The notes under the pieces: model-generated | The model's database searches: none | Told to the model about the DNA's origin: nothing | Seen by the model: the letters and a program-made list of their open reading frames with translations, nothing else | Made by a program: the position numbers and the translations under genes | Assembly: GCA_003344405.1 (NCBI GenBank) | Contig: NOWV01000243.1 | Span: 62,001-93,815, forward strand | Origin: Trichoplax sp. H2 | Lineage: Eukaryota | Reading direction: 5' to 3' | Length of the DNA stretch: 31,815 nucleotides | Shown: positions 12,827-24,981 of the stretch, piece by piece | How positions within the stretch are numbered: the stretch's first letter is position 1 | How the letters are laid out: each line of letters opens with the position of its first letter

Positions 12827-15800
12827 AAAGTCGATGTGACATACTGGACCTGGTATAGTAACTGCCGTCACCATGGAGAATTCAATCAATTAGTTTAGCG
12901 GATAGTAGACAGTCCAGAATAGTCATAGTGAGCTGGAAGTTAAACTGCAATAGTTCTAAGACGGCCATTAGTATCGTCATGCTGGAGGTTACTCAGGAAA
13001 TGGTTTACAACTAGTTAAGATATTTTAGAAAGCGTGTGTACAGTATAATCAGCATGATAGACGAAGAGCAGTGGAAGTGAACCAAATTTTATTCTTAGCT
13101 GTATCTATGTTAAGAAATCTTGCAATCTTCGGTACTAAAATGGATTCAGATTCGAAATTACAAAACAAATTAAGATGTGATGAATGCCGTAGTATTTAAA
13201 CTAGCCCTTCTAGCGATTCGATTGTTGTTCCAAGAAAAGGAATTTCCGATCTGATTGTAGAAATCTCTCACATTCTTAAATGTACATTAGAGCTAAAAAA
13301 AAATGACAAGTTGTTGCCTCTATTACTGCTATACGACAAATTTGATATCATGAAGCCATTTACCCTTAGCATGCGCCTCAATGTCTGTAGCTACGTGATT
13401 GTATATTTAAGGATACGTACGTACTTTATTTAAATAAAATTGCTTTGCAAAGTTTAGTATGGTAATTAAATTGTTGTACCTTTTTTTTCATGCTTATATT
13501 AAGGTAGTCCAACACTATAGTATCATGCTGCAGTTGTCAAGAGTTCCTATTCCTATTATCTATAATTTGATAAAAGGCATAACACAGACAAAGTGACTTA
13601 AATAAGAACAAATGTGACGCTAGCCTAATACATAACAATAAACTTACTAAGGTTATTTTAGAGAGGATAAATTATTCTCAATGGTTTCCAGTCATTAGTC
13701 ATACCATTAAATCATGCAACTATTTTACTACCGCATTTTTTAATTAACTAATATTTGTTTCAATTAATTGAAAGAAAACCGTTTTCTCCTATCATTGGTA
13801 TTTATTTGTTTAAAAAACACGATGTTTGTTTGCATTTTATTGTTATAAAATAAAGTTATGATAGGCTTGGAGCCATATAAATATTGCTTTAGAAACAATA
13901 TTACTGCATCGCTGACAGTTGTCCCGAAAATATTACTTCGCCCAAATGTCAAATAAAAGTTAGCTACTTGCAATAATGTAAGTTTATGAGTATGATTTAT
14001 GAATACGGTCTTCTGATCGAATAAATATTATTACGTTCAGTACTTTGAGGACAAAATTTGATCCTATCGTAAAGGACAGTGAGTAATTTTTTGATTTTCA
14101 TCATTATTCTGGTCACTAGATCTAATTGCGGTAATTTATTTCGTGCAATACAATACTGTGTGTGATCCAAGGTAATATGTATTGTGCAACATAAGCTGAT
14201 ACTATAAATGCAGTTACTGAAAATGTTTATATATATAGGAGAAAAGTACAGCATAATAATAATGATGAAAGATAGCAACAGACTTGTTAATAACTGCAAA
14301 TTTCTAAGACCAAAATAACTTATGCAATAGAGAGTAGATAACCTATTTGCATGCTATATGAATATAACAATTAGCGAGAGTTAATAGACACGCCATGGCA
14401 AGTAAATTCAATAATGTTTCGTTATTCTCTACTCAGCTCCAGATTATGCACTACAATAAAATCTATTGCATGATTTGAGTTTAGGTTAGGGTATATGTTA
14501 CATTTTCGAAACTAAAGTACTGTATATAATGCAAAAGCTGGTAGCAAGCAGAAACGGTAAGCGCTATAGCTCCAATATCATAGACTACTGAATCTGTAGT
14601 GCATGGCGTAGACGAAATTTCAAAGATTCATAATTCAGCAGTTAATAAATGATTCCGTTACCCAATTCTTAAATGAAAAATAATTAAGTACTTCCTCTAA
14701 CGCTGTATGACGATTTACCCCTGCCGTCTAACTTGCAAACTCATTCCATAAATTCTCAAGAGATCGCTGATAGATCCTGTCGCATCAAGTGCAAGATATT
14801 TGCTTAAACTGCAACGATGTTGTTATCAATACAGAGCCGTACATCCAAAAAGTAACCTACGTTTTCTTTACGGCCTTATTTGAGCAAAGTATGCAGCTAA
14901 TAATGGTATGATAGAACTGCTATCAAAGTATTTTAAATTTTAGCTAAAGTAAAATTAGGCATCTGTAACAGTTGTACGTTATTGACGATAAAACGTAAAT
15001 GTTACATACAGAATTGATAAAAGTTGAACAAATTAACCCAAGATAGTTAACTTGACGGAATGAATAGCAATTTACAACAGCGGTTCAGTAACTAAAACTC
15101 CCAAAATTAATTCTATAACTGCAAAATGGCTACATAGTGATGTAATTTCCTGTGGCATCCTATTTACAAGACTGTAATCCTCTAGCCCTTGTATGCTCTT
15201 TGCAGTAATGAAAATCAATCGAGGATATCCTAGCCTCCCAAAGCCGAATAATTGGTCAATGCCTGAATACATTAAGACCGCTTAAAAGCAGCTAATTTTA
15301 TTATTGTCGATCAAAGAGTTCTAAAGTTATCAGCGATACTAAGTATCGATAACAAATAAAGACTTAAACTATTGGATTTATATCACCAAAAACTAACATG
15401 ATAGATTATCGATAAAGAAACAATTCTATCATATTCTGAATTTGATAATGCTGGCATGACATTGCTAAGTAATCATAATTAGAAAGCAAGACTTAGATAA
15501 ATTCATACAAGCAATATTATTGACCTAATAACAAGTAACAGCAGAAGCAATACCAAAATATGTATACGCATAACTTGTCTACTTTCATCTTACTATTAAT
15601 TATTGATACTAGAAAGATGCACATATCTATTTCATGACAGCAACTTCAATCTACTTCATATAAAGATAGGTAACAATGGCTAACCGTAAACGCTAGTATA
15701 GTCAATTTTATAGTTGAAACGGCAAGAAGTAATAGCGCATAGCCGATTTGCAACAAAATGTTATGTACATTAAATCAAAAGTTGCCGATTGTTCGCCTTA

Positions 15801-16281
15801 GAACCAATGCTGTAGTCTGAGCCAGGAAAACAGATAAACTCTATATACGATAATAACCAAAGCACCAGATATCATTATTCTAGATATCTTATGCCTTGCT
15901 GAAGATTTCAATACATGCTTAACAGTTAAAATCTTTCAGTCCAATAATAAGGCCTTCAAAGTAAATTTTTATGATCAAACATGGGTTGATACTGCCATTG
16001 GCGACCAAAAAAATAAAATGTTGATAAATACATATGTAAATGTATTTTATGAATTAAAAGTTCATAACGAATGCGTCTGCATACAATATTAACAAACTGT
16101 CGCCACGTAGTGTTTTACACAAAGGTTAACATCATATTTGGTACAACAGCTACTACGATTGTTGTCTACCATGCTATCAACATGCTGTTAGTACGATGTT
16201 TTTCAAATAGGATCTTTAATTAAAAAGAATCGTTCTTCAGACTACAGGAACTTAAGATAGGCATCACATTGGAACATTCAT

Positions 16282-18240
16282 TCAAGATCGATTGTTAGCT
16301 TCCTTCATTTTTACATATTTTTCGATTTTCTTGTACATGGCTTCACTTTTTTTACGATATTTTTCGCTTTCTTCTTCGAGTTTTTTAACTTCTGCAAGCA
16401 GACTGTCTTTCTGCACTTCTAAATCGTCTACTTCATCTTTTAAGCCATCTATGTCGTCGATCTTTCTTTTTCGACAGTTACGAGCCGCAAACTTATTTTT
16501 GCCACGTCTCCTAACATCTCTAGCAAGGGCTGCAACATCACTGGGTAAACGCTCAATCATGGCTAGAAACTCATTAACAGGCATGTCAACTAATTCGCGC
16601 TCAGGTACTGGTAAAACTAACATGCTATTGGTTGGTACACCAAATATTTCAGCAAATTCGCTTTGCGTCTCACCATAAACAACAGTCCCATTAGCAGACG
16701 CCCATTCGCCAATAGGCTGACTTTGACTGGCAACCTGATGAGAATCAACCATGGAATTTTCTAGCCGAATAGCATCATTGTTATAACCGAAAAAAGTTCC
16801 CATGTCCATCGTTGCACCCATGGTTTGAGGGTTACATTCGTAAGGGCGGCTATCGGTAAATAACGCATATACTGCATCCCTTGAAGAGGATGAGCTACTG
16901 CTATAAGGTGGGACATGAGGTTGGCTAGCAGTTGAAGCAACTCCATTTCTGGACGCTTGTATTGGTTGGAAAGGTAAGTCGCCTTTTAATTCGCCAGTTG
17001 GAGATTGATTATCTAAACCCATTAGATCAAAGAACTCACCATAAGGATTACCGGTGGCATTATTAAAAGAACTATTGGGTATTCCATGATGTAGAAAATG
17101 ATTATCATTCGTGGTCGAGATACTGAGCGGTCCATCTCTATTAAGATGTAAGGAAGCTTCATTATTGCTTTGACTACCAAGAACATCTAATTCTAATCCT
17201 AATTCGTGAAATAAATCGTTTTGATTTGTATTAAAGCCAGATGCATCATCTTGTCCAGAATGATCCCAACTAAATCCATTACGAGAAATAGGGCTAATAT
17301 CTGCTATATTTGGAGGAATAAATGGTAGAAATCCCTGCGAACTTTGATGAGATGCTAAGCTATTGATAGAGTGAAGTAGAACCTCATCATCATTGATATG
17401 TTTCTTGATTTGATCCCATGCTTCGCTACGACTGTTGCTGTCGCTGTCGGCAGCAATCACAGATGGTGAGATACTTTGATCGGTATTATTGCCGTCACTT
17501 CTATAGCCATTACTACATCCTTCGCTTGGGCTATCGACGAAATCAGTCGGCAATTGCCCCCACCAATCTTCACTCACACCCAAATTGTTATTATCATCAT
17601 CATCAACGATATTAGCTAACGCGAATGAGTCTTCATCGTTGAGACCATTGACAGCGTTGCCAGTCAATGATGTAATGCCTTTATTGTCATCGCCTTTCCA
17701 ACCATTTAATGGCAGCATGTTGGGGGTGTCATCATTACCAAAATGCCAATAATCCCAATCGAATTCACCCGTGGTATTGGATTTCATGGAGAGAACAGCT
17801 GATGATAGTTCTCCAGGAGTTAACAAGTTGGTATTGTAGTCTGTGGTAATTTCTTCCTCAACATTTGAGAAAATATCATCCATTTCATCATCATTGGCAA
17901 GTTCATTCGGCATTTCATTGCTGTTGCCGTTGTCAGCCTGCTCGTTGATATTTTGTTCGTCGGGTACCACATCAAAGAAAGCAACAACCGCTTGAGTTGG
18001 CCAGTGAATATTATGTGAAAAGCTGTTATGATAACCCGAAGGAAATTGTAAAGTACTTTGTGGATATTTACTCATCGTTTTTACAGCTTCATCCCACATT
18101 GGCGATTTCATTTTATGGATGACATTGTCATCCAATTTTAAATATGGCATCAGTTCTTGTCTTGATGCGCAAACATATAACGTTGCTACATCGGTTAAAA
18201 TACCGACGATGAACTGTTGTAGATCCGTTGCTGAAAGCAT
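16282..18240 (-). CDS. NFE2L1: Cap'n'collar bZIP transcription factor (Nrf1/Nrf2/NFE2 family), single exon, 652 aa
   Basis: CNC + basic region LPVPERELVDMPVNEF..ALARDVRRRGKNKFAARNCRKRK followed by a Leu zipper; long acidic N/S/T-rich N-terminal part. ATG at 18240 with an in-frame TAG upstream (the ORF track starts at the GTG at 18243). The symbol denotes family and architecture; the gene is probably co-orthologous to all vertebrate NFE2/NFE2L genes. Confidence 0.92.
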   Translation of the reverse strand: MLSATDLQQFIVGILTDVATLYVCASRQELMPYLKLDDNVIHKMKSPMWDEAVKTMSKYPQSTLQFPSGYHNSFSHNIHWPTQAVVAFFDVVPDEQNINEQADNGNSNEMPNELANDDEMDDIFSNVEEEITTDYNTNLLTPGELSSAVLSMKSNTTGEFDWDYWHFGNDDTPNMLPLNGWKGDDNKGITSLTGNAVNGLNDEDSFALANIVDDDDNNNLGVSEDWWGQLPTDFVDSPSEGCSNGYRSDGNNTDQSISPSVIAADSDSNSRSEAWDQIKKHINDDEVLLHSINSLASHQSSQGFLPFIPPNIADISPISRNGFSWDHSGQDDASGFNTNQNDLFHELGLELDVLGSQSNNEASLHLNRDGPLSISTTNDNHFLHHGIPNSSFNNATGNPYGEFFDLMGLDNQSPTGELKGDLPFQPIQASRNGVASTASQPHVPPYSSSSSSSRDAVYALFTDSRPYECNPQTMGATMDMGTFFGYNNDAIRLENSMVDSHQVASQSQPIGEWASANGTVVYGETQSEFAEIFGVPTNSMLVLPVPERELVDMPVNEFLAMIERLPSDVAALARDVRRRGKNKFAARNCRKRKIDDIDGLKDEVDDLEVQKDSLLAEVKKLEEESEKYRKKSEAMYKKIEKYVKMKEANNRS

Positions 18241-19111
18241 CACTGTACCTTTGATTTCTTTCTATCCAAGAATGGCGTTGTCGCCAAGTGGAGTTGTATC
18301 AATATTGAATTGAACTAACAGTCGAAATTATTTCTGTCAGCACTTTCTTCACCAAAACAGTACTTTCAAGTGGATTTTTCTCTCTCTCTCTGTGTATCTT
18401 TCTCACTTTTCACTGTACTGTGTCAAAACAAGAAAATGGAGAAAAACACTCATTGACTTTACTTTCTATGAAACGATCAATCACCCAAAAGGTGTCTTTC
18501 CTCATCAACAAGGTAGTACTATAGACAAATTGGAAAAAATCCAAGAATAAGACAAAAATCGTTAGTGTTCTTTACCTTTTAATTAGACTATAAATTTTCT
18601 CTTTTAACCAGCTATGGAAGAAAATGGCCAACAGGAGTGCCGTAGCAAAGACAGACAAGAAAAAAAAGCAAGAGGGCCAACTCAACCAGACTGGTCCGTA
18701 ATAATCTGATACACAAGTCTATATCGTACTGTACTGTACCGAATACGGTACTAACTTTCAATGCACTACACGTCAACCGTCTGCTATGTGACGTCTGACC
18801 TTTAACAAGTCAGTCAAGCAAAGGGGGTGAAAATAAATTCGTTTCAACCGTCCCGTAAATAAATAACCAACTTGGACTCTGCTGCTGCACTGTAGCGCCG
18901 ATGAAAATAGACTGTAAAAGGTAAAAGGAATCCCTAGTGAAAATACATAGGCTATCGATATGTTCTGAACAGTTGGCTACTGTCTTAGCCAAGCACAAAC
19001 GCACTCGGTGCGTACTGTGTACTGTAGCTCAAATATTGTACTGTACTGGTAGTCCGGTACCATCGTCACTTGGTTACTACTTCCACGTATGCATTGAACC
19101 GTGTTGAATTC

Positions 19112-19119
19112 TGACGTCA
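19112..19119. promoter_or_regulatory. Full CRE palindrome TGACGTCA upstream of the CNC gene
   Basis: TGACGTCA ~870 bp 5' of the ATG. A near-CRE TGACGTCT lies at ~18789 and CCACGT at ~19083. Confidence 0.35.
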
Positions 19120-19910
19120 TCTAAGTCACAATGGCAACTATGGTAAAGTACCGTCAAAAATGGCCTCGTATCATATGGACTAATAGGGAAAAGGTCTTTT
19201 TTTAGGTAGTCCATAGTCCATAGTATAGTGTCCACTGTACAGTATATATCATTTATTTATGGGATTAATAAATTCAAGTTTTTCTTGATCCACTTTTAGT
19301 CCACTACCGTTGCACTACTACAGTATACTGTACTGTACCAATGCTATCATCATGGTGTATTATGCAAGCATAATAAAGAAACTGTACTGGACTATGTACC
19401 AGTACAGTTCAGTCCTGTGTCTTATAAGTCAGAGAGGGTATTCTGAGAGTGCGCAATATCACATTTACCATCGCATTCTAGAACATTCCATCAAGATTGA
19501 CTTATTTTTAGCCCTGTACCGGTACCGCCATCCACTCCATCTGTCGGTACTAGCCCAATCGTAATTAAAGGGACTCGTTTTGGGCAGGAAGAGACGACGT
19601 GATCCCCCATATGTACGCGCATATTGGATAGGATCCAAGCGTTTTACTTCTAGTTTGGACCATTCGCAAACATATCGAAGAAAACGGATGACATTGCACT
19701 ATCAATAACTGTACAATTAAAGTATTTAGGATCAAAACTACCAAAAAAGAAGTTGAGTAGTCGCAAAAAGAAAGAATAAATGATTTTCCATCACTGGGCG
19801 ACTAAAGCGATCAACTATTTTGACGCGTATTGCTCCACCAAGAATGACATCATTAATTCATTAATGAAAGAAAGTTTGTTAATTCATTAATCCATACCTT
19901 ATTAGCAAGT

Positions 19911-20418
19911 CAACAAATTACACTACTGTACTGTATACTGAGAGTAAGTGATAGCAAATGATTCTGATTGTGGGATCATTTTCTGCACGATTTGCTTTAT
20001 GGTCACAACTGCAATAGAAGACGTTGGTTCTATATTTCCAATCAATAAATGAAAAACTGTTATGACATGATTAGGCAACAAATTACACTACTGTACTGTA
20101 TACTGAGAGTAAGTGATAGCAAAATAAGCAAATGATTCTGACTGTGGGATCAGTTTCTGTACGATTTGCTTTATGGTCACAACTGCAATAGAAGACGTTG
20201 GTTCTATATTTCCAATCAATAAATGAAAAACTGTTATGACATGATTAGGCAACAAATTACACTACTGTACTGTATACAGAGAGTAAGTGATAGCAAATGA
20301 TTCTGATTGTGGGATCATTTTCTGCACGATTTGCTTTATGGTCACAACTGCAATAGAAGACGTTGGTTCTATATTTCCAATCAATAAATGAATAAACTGT
20401 CATGACATGATTAGGCAA
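19911..20418. repeat. Three-copy tandem repeat, ~165-bp unit
   Basis: Near-identical copies start at 19911, 20076 and 20250; copy 2 carries a 9-bp insertion. Confidence 0.95.
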
Positions 20419-21903
20419 TCAGATTGTCTACGATTAGCTACTTGTATGCCGTGACATGATACTATTTGATCGATTTCATAACGCAACAAATTTTCGAAGA
20501 TGACTTCCATTTCGTTTTCTCACAGCGAGCGAATAAGCACTGAATCAGTCGTATCTTACATTTTCATCAACATTAACCATACGCGTAAATAGCATCTTGA
20601 AAAGATAATTCAAGGCTCTAGCCCAGATATTACGGCATAACTTTTAACTTTTATGGTCGTAACATACTGTACATTCCATTAGATAATTTATCCAGGAATG
20701 CATTTTCATTAATTTATCCACGACGTTTTAAAAAACATGTTCAAAATAGATAACTACGTACTGCTGTTTTAGAATATTATCTATAATCTGATAATAATTG
20801 ATGTTGATGGAGATTTTATAAATTGACTGACTTTTTAAATAAAGTTTGGGTTCAGCGATGTCGAAGAGAGACTAGTGTTGTATTACTGCTCCTCTTGACG
20901 ATAGGAGATTGTCAGTGCTTATAGTCGTCCTGTAGGTTTATGTGAGCGATATCACTTATTCATTTCGTTACGGAATACAGTATATCTCAACCGACACGAC
21001 GCTGCAGGAAATTCTTCGCATAACCCTGTAAATACATCGCGATTTAAACATTTACATCATCCATTTTTTTTTTTTTTCACTAAACAAAGTATCTAGGATT
21101 ATTGAGAAGTAAGCGATCTCGTACCGTACTCATTGCTATTCGTAGTAACAGCTATTTAAATAAATTAACCCATATTTTCAGAATCAGTATCTACAATTCA
21201 AAACATCACCAATTATATACGCCTATTCCACGCTTAATCGTTATTATAGTCTATTTGTACAGTACAATAGCTCGGCTGCGGAAGCGACCAAGCAACCTAC
21301 TCTTCATTTTCTACAATTTTTATTAAAATTTTCATTTTCATGATACTGTGGTGGTAATGCATAGTACAGTACATATATGCATTTCAGTCAGTAATTATAT
21401 CTGTAATAAAAATGATTCTTAATAATTGATTTCCTCAGTTAGCCAATAGTGAAGTTGAATCACCAATTCTTCCAACATTCGTAGCCTATATATGAGTTGT
21501 CACTGCATCTTGAACTACGACAGTATAGTAAGTTATTAACACTCAAGCATTGTTCCTTACTCTGCACTTATTCCAATGCTAGTATTCATCAAAAATATTG
21601 CCAGAATAGTTCTACGCTAATTCCTGCACAGTCAATCTAATCGACTCTTAATTGTTTATCACTCATTTTATAAATCAGACTGCCTGTCCAATAGAACGTT
21701 TGAACAATAAATTATTGGATAGAAACATCTAAAAGATAGCATTATTACAATCCTATAAAAATACTAAAATACACTGCAAAGCCTATCTATCAATATATAG
21801 AAATATTCATTAAGATTACTCAGTCGAACATCAATACAGTAACATAGCAATGTTATTATTAAGAAAGATTGATAAAATTGAACTGCAGTATACGAACTAT
21901 TTA

Positions 21904-24900
21904 CTATATCCTATCAGCAGCTAAATTTGCATTACGTATGCAATCGGCTAGTCCAATACCTTGATAAGAAGCACCAACCAATGACATTGGCAAGCTATGC
22001 ATAGCAATATAGTCAAAGATCTGCCTAACAAGAGGTAAATGGCCAATTGTATACTGCGGAATGCAATCTCTTTGCATCGATAATTTGACCGTCGATGGCT
22101 CTAATTTTACACCCAACTGATTCCGAACAGCATTCACTGCCATTTGTATGTAATAGTCATCTGTTGCGTTTTCTTTATGGATTTGGCTAAACCATGCACC
22201 CCCCATCAACACCTATATTGAGAAACGGATACAACAGAACTGAGAAAATCGACTACAGTAATTAGATTTATTTATTGCGTAGCATTCTGGACAATAAGCA
22301 GATGACGGAATGCACATCCTATTTTGAAGACAATTGAACTTACACTAAATCGCGTTGAAGATTTTGTTTTTGAATCCAGTTGAGGAAAACCACAAGAGTC
22401 GTAAATAATTCCTAATATTCCAGGACTTTCAATCGAAGGTACTAAATGGCCAAAGCCGTTTACAGCTGGAATAGCTTCATCATAAATTAGATTAACCACA
22501 GCAACAGTTATACTTTCAATCTTCGAAAGTTTACTAGAAAGGGTAGGATGCTGGGACGATAGAATTGCACCAAGATTCTTCGCTGGCAACGCACATATAA
22601 CGTGATCAAAATCCTGTAATCCTTCACTTGAGTTAATCTACGCGTCAAGACGTGTAGAATACTTAAAACATACGAATGCCAGATACTGCTTAAAACTATA
22701 CGTATTACGAATATCATATCAATGCCATTACCATGACTTTACCATCCGATAAAAACGACATTTGCTGGCATTTCGTATTCAGTTGAATATTAACTCCACA
22801 TTTTGTTAATTGTTTAAATAACTCGTTAACCAGTGTTTCCATACCATTTTGCAGCGTCCACATCCGCCATCGTTCTTTCTTCGCTTGATAAACAAGGGGA
22901 CAATCAACCTCACTTATTGGAATAGCTTTATCGAGTAATGCTCCGGCTAAAATTGATCCATACTGCTCTTCGTAGTTGACGACTTGAGGAAAGCATGCTT
23001 TCATGCTTAATTTACGCGCGTCGCCTGCCGATGTTCCTCTGCAAAAGGGATCTGCTAAAAAATCTGCCATCTATATTTAAACAAAGAAATCGCAAACGAG
23101 AGCTAAATACTTCTTCTCATGGAGACCTTATCAATGTTGCAGTAATATCAGTAACCAATTTACAGTATTAAGAATAACATTTAACATTGAATAACTAGTT
23201 TATTAACCATTCGTATACTTTGAATTGATTTGGTTAATATCATTAACGTGTACGTTCGAAGTTCTCCACTTGGCAGCGAAATTTGTAAGAACAATTTTGA
23301 CATAGGTATGAGATATCATTGAATCTACTCGCTAATAGTGTAATTGTTCTACTAAACTTAATTAAAGATTTACTACAGTTTTCTTACTATGTGGATTGAA
23401 TTAAGAGTATTCTATCATATAACTACTTTTGCATAACTAATGCAATATGAGGTGAATATCAACAGCATGATAAATACAGTACTACGGATGTACGACTATA
23501 ATTGGCGAAGTCATTCAGTAAGAAAAATCATCCAGAACGCCCATGAAATCGACCTAATGATAGACTATTAGGAAAACGTCATACTTTATATAAGTTATTA
23601 CTAAATCATCATGAATTACTAGTATCTAATGTATCTCTTGCAGCATATTTGTACGTAGCATAGTAAAGCAAAGAATGACTAATTTTTAGTATCGTATACA
23701 ATATACAGATTTTCATTTATAATTCATGCCAAAATTTTACCTCTGTACTAAATCGACGCTGAAAAAATTGATAAACGCTTTCATCCGAATCTTTCAATGA
23801 GGGTTTAGTCCCGTAATGCATCCACCAATCTCGGAGGATCATATACATTAATGACTTACTGAATGGAGAAATTGGCTTCAACATGGACATCAAGCCAGAT
23901 GGAAGCTTGTGCAATTTGTTGTGGACATAAATGTAGCGATTGCTTACAGCTTGATGCTTTGAATTTACTGCAATGATTGAATTTTGCAAGCCAAGTTCAT
24001 ACACCTGATTTTAATAACGTATTAGTGTGGTAATGCATAGCAAAAATAGCCACAGCATGATAGCGGCAACATTGCAGTAATGAATGAAATATAACAGAAT
24101 ACACTACTTCAGAATTGATCTGTAAAACAACATGAACATTTCATTGCGATTGATATGTACAGCAGTAGCCCGATCAGTTGACTATTCTGTAACTTCATAA
24201 TATTGCAGGCATACTGGCAGGTTCCACTGTGGTCAACTCGATTTTTTGATAAAAGAAAGGTACAATATTGAAGACAGCAATGAGACGGAGACTATTAAGT
24301 AGCAGTAACCACAGTAGCTCGATTAGTTGACTATTCTGTAACTTCATAATATTGTAGGCGTACTGCCAGATACTACCGTACTCAACTCGATTTTGGGGGA
24401 TAAAAGAAAGGTACAATATTGATGACAGCAATGAGGCAGAGACTGCTAAACAAAAAATTGTCTCCCCTGCTAATCAACTTTCCCCATGTTCCCCAAAGAG
24501 AAGAACGTGACACCAAACAAGGCCTATAATCCAAACTATTGGGAAGTTGATTGGGGAAATGGGGAAAATTGGATTATGAGACAGTAGATGAGGACTACAA
24601 TTCCCGAATGCAATTACGGACTTTCAAAATAAATAATATATTGGTCAATAATGAGGTCATTGGCCATCCTATACAGTATTCGCTCACTATCGATTTGTAC
24701 AAGGTTTGCAAAGGTCAGTTTCTTCATCGTTCGCGATCATAACCTACCAAATTTAACGCTGCTCTGCCGGATAATCCAGCTGGTCGTACACTTCGAGGGC
24801 CTCCTTCTAATACGTTGCCTTCGTCGGTTACCGTGCTCTGGATCCAACCACCAGCACGATCGGTCGACTCAAAAATGGTTACTTTGTAACTAGTCGGACT

Positions 24901-24981
24901 CGTTCGTCTTGCCAATCGAAAAGCAGCAGCTAAACCTGAAATGCCACCTCCTACTATTGCCACTGATTTGGAGGCTGCCAT
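21904..24981 (-). CDS. PPOX: Protoporphyrinogen oxidase (HemY type), 5 exons, ~479 aa
   Basis: Exons 24981-24748, 24004-23741, 23070-22732, 22637-22344 and 22212-21904, all phase 0 and GT-AG. Motifs: FAD-binding VAIVGGGISGL..E....GGW, EGGPRSVRP, DESV..F..RRF, GFGHLVPS..LGIIYDS..FP, MGGAWF, CIPQYTIGH, GASY.GIG..DCI. Confidence 0.95.
24163..24449. repeat. Two-copy ~149-bp direct repeat in PPOX intron 1
   Basis: cagtagc..gttgactattctgtaacttcataatattg..gataaaagaaaggtacaatattga..gacagcaatgag starts at 24163 and again at 24312. Confidence 0.9.
24459..24583. repeat. Short inverted-repeat (MITE-like) remnant in PPOX intron 1
   Basis: aatcaactttccccatgttccccaa (24472-24496) is the near reverse complement of ttggggaaatggggaaaattggatt (24551-24575). 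An outer tgtctc/gagaca pair extends it. Confidence 0.55.

Noticed and set aside
12618..12898. Two overlapping Tyr/Cys/Thr/Val-rich ORFs
   Set aside because: They are translations of the low-complexity TACTG tract.
16292..18313. + strand ORFs within the CNC gene; likewise 8024-8278 and 29353-29700
   Set aside because: Antisense shadows of real coding exons.
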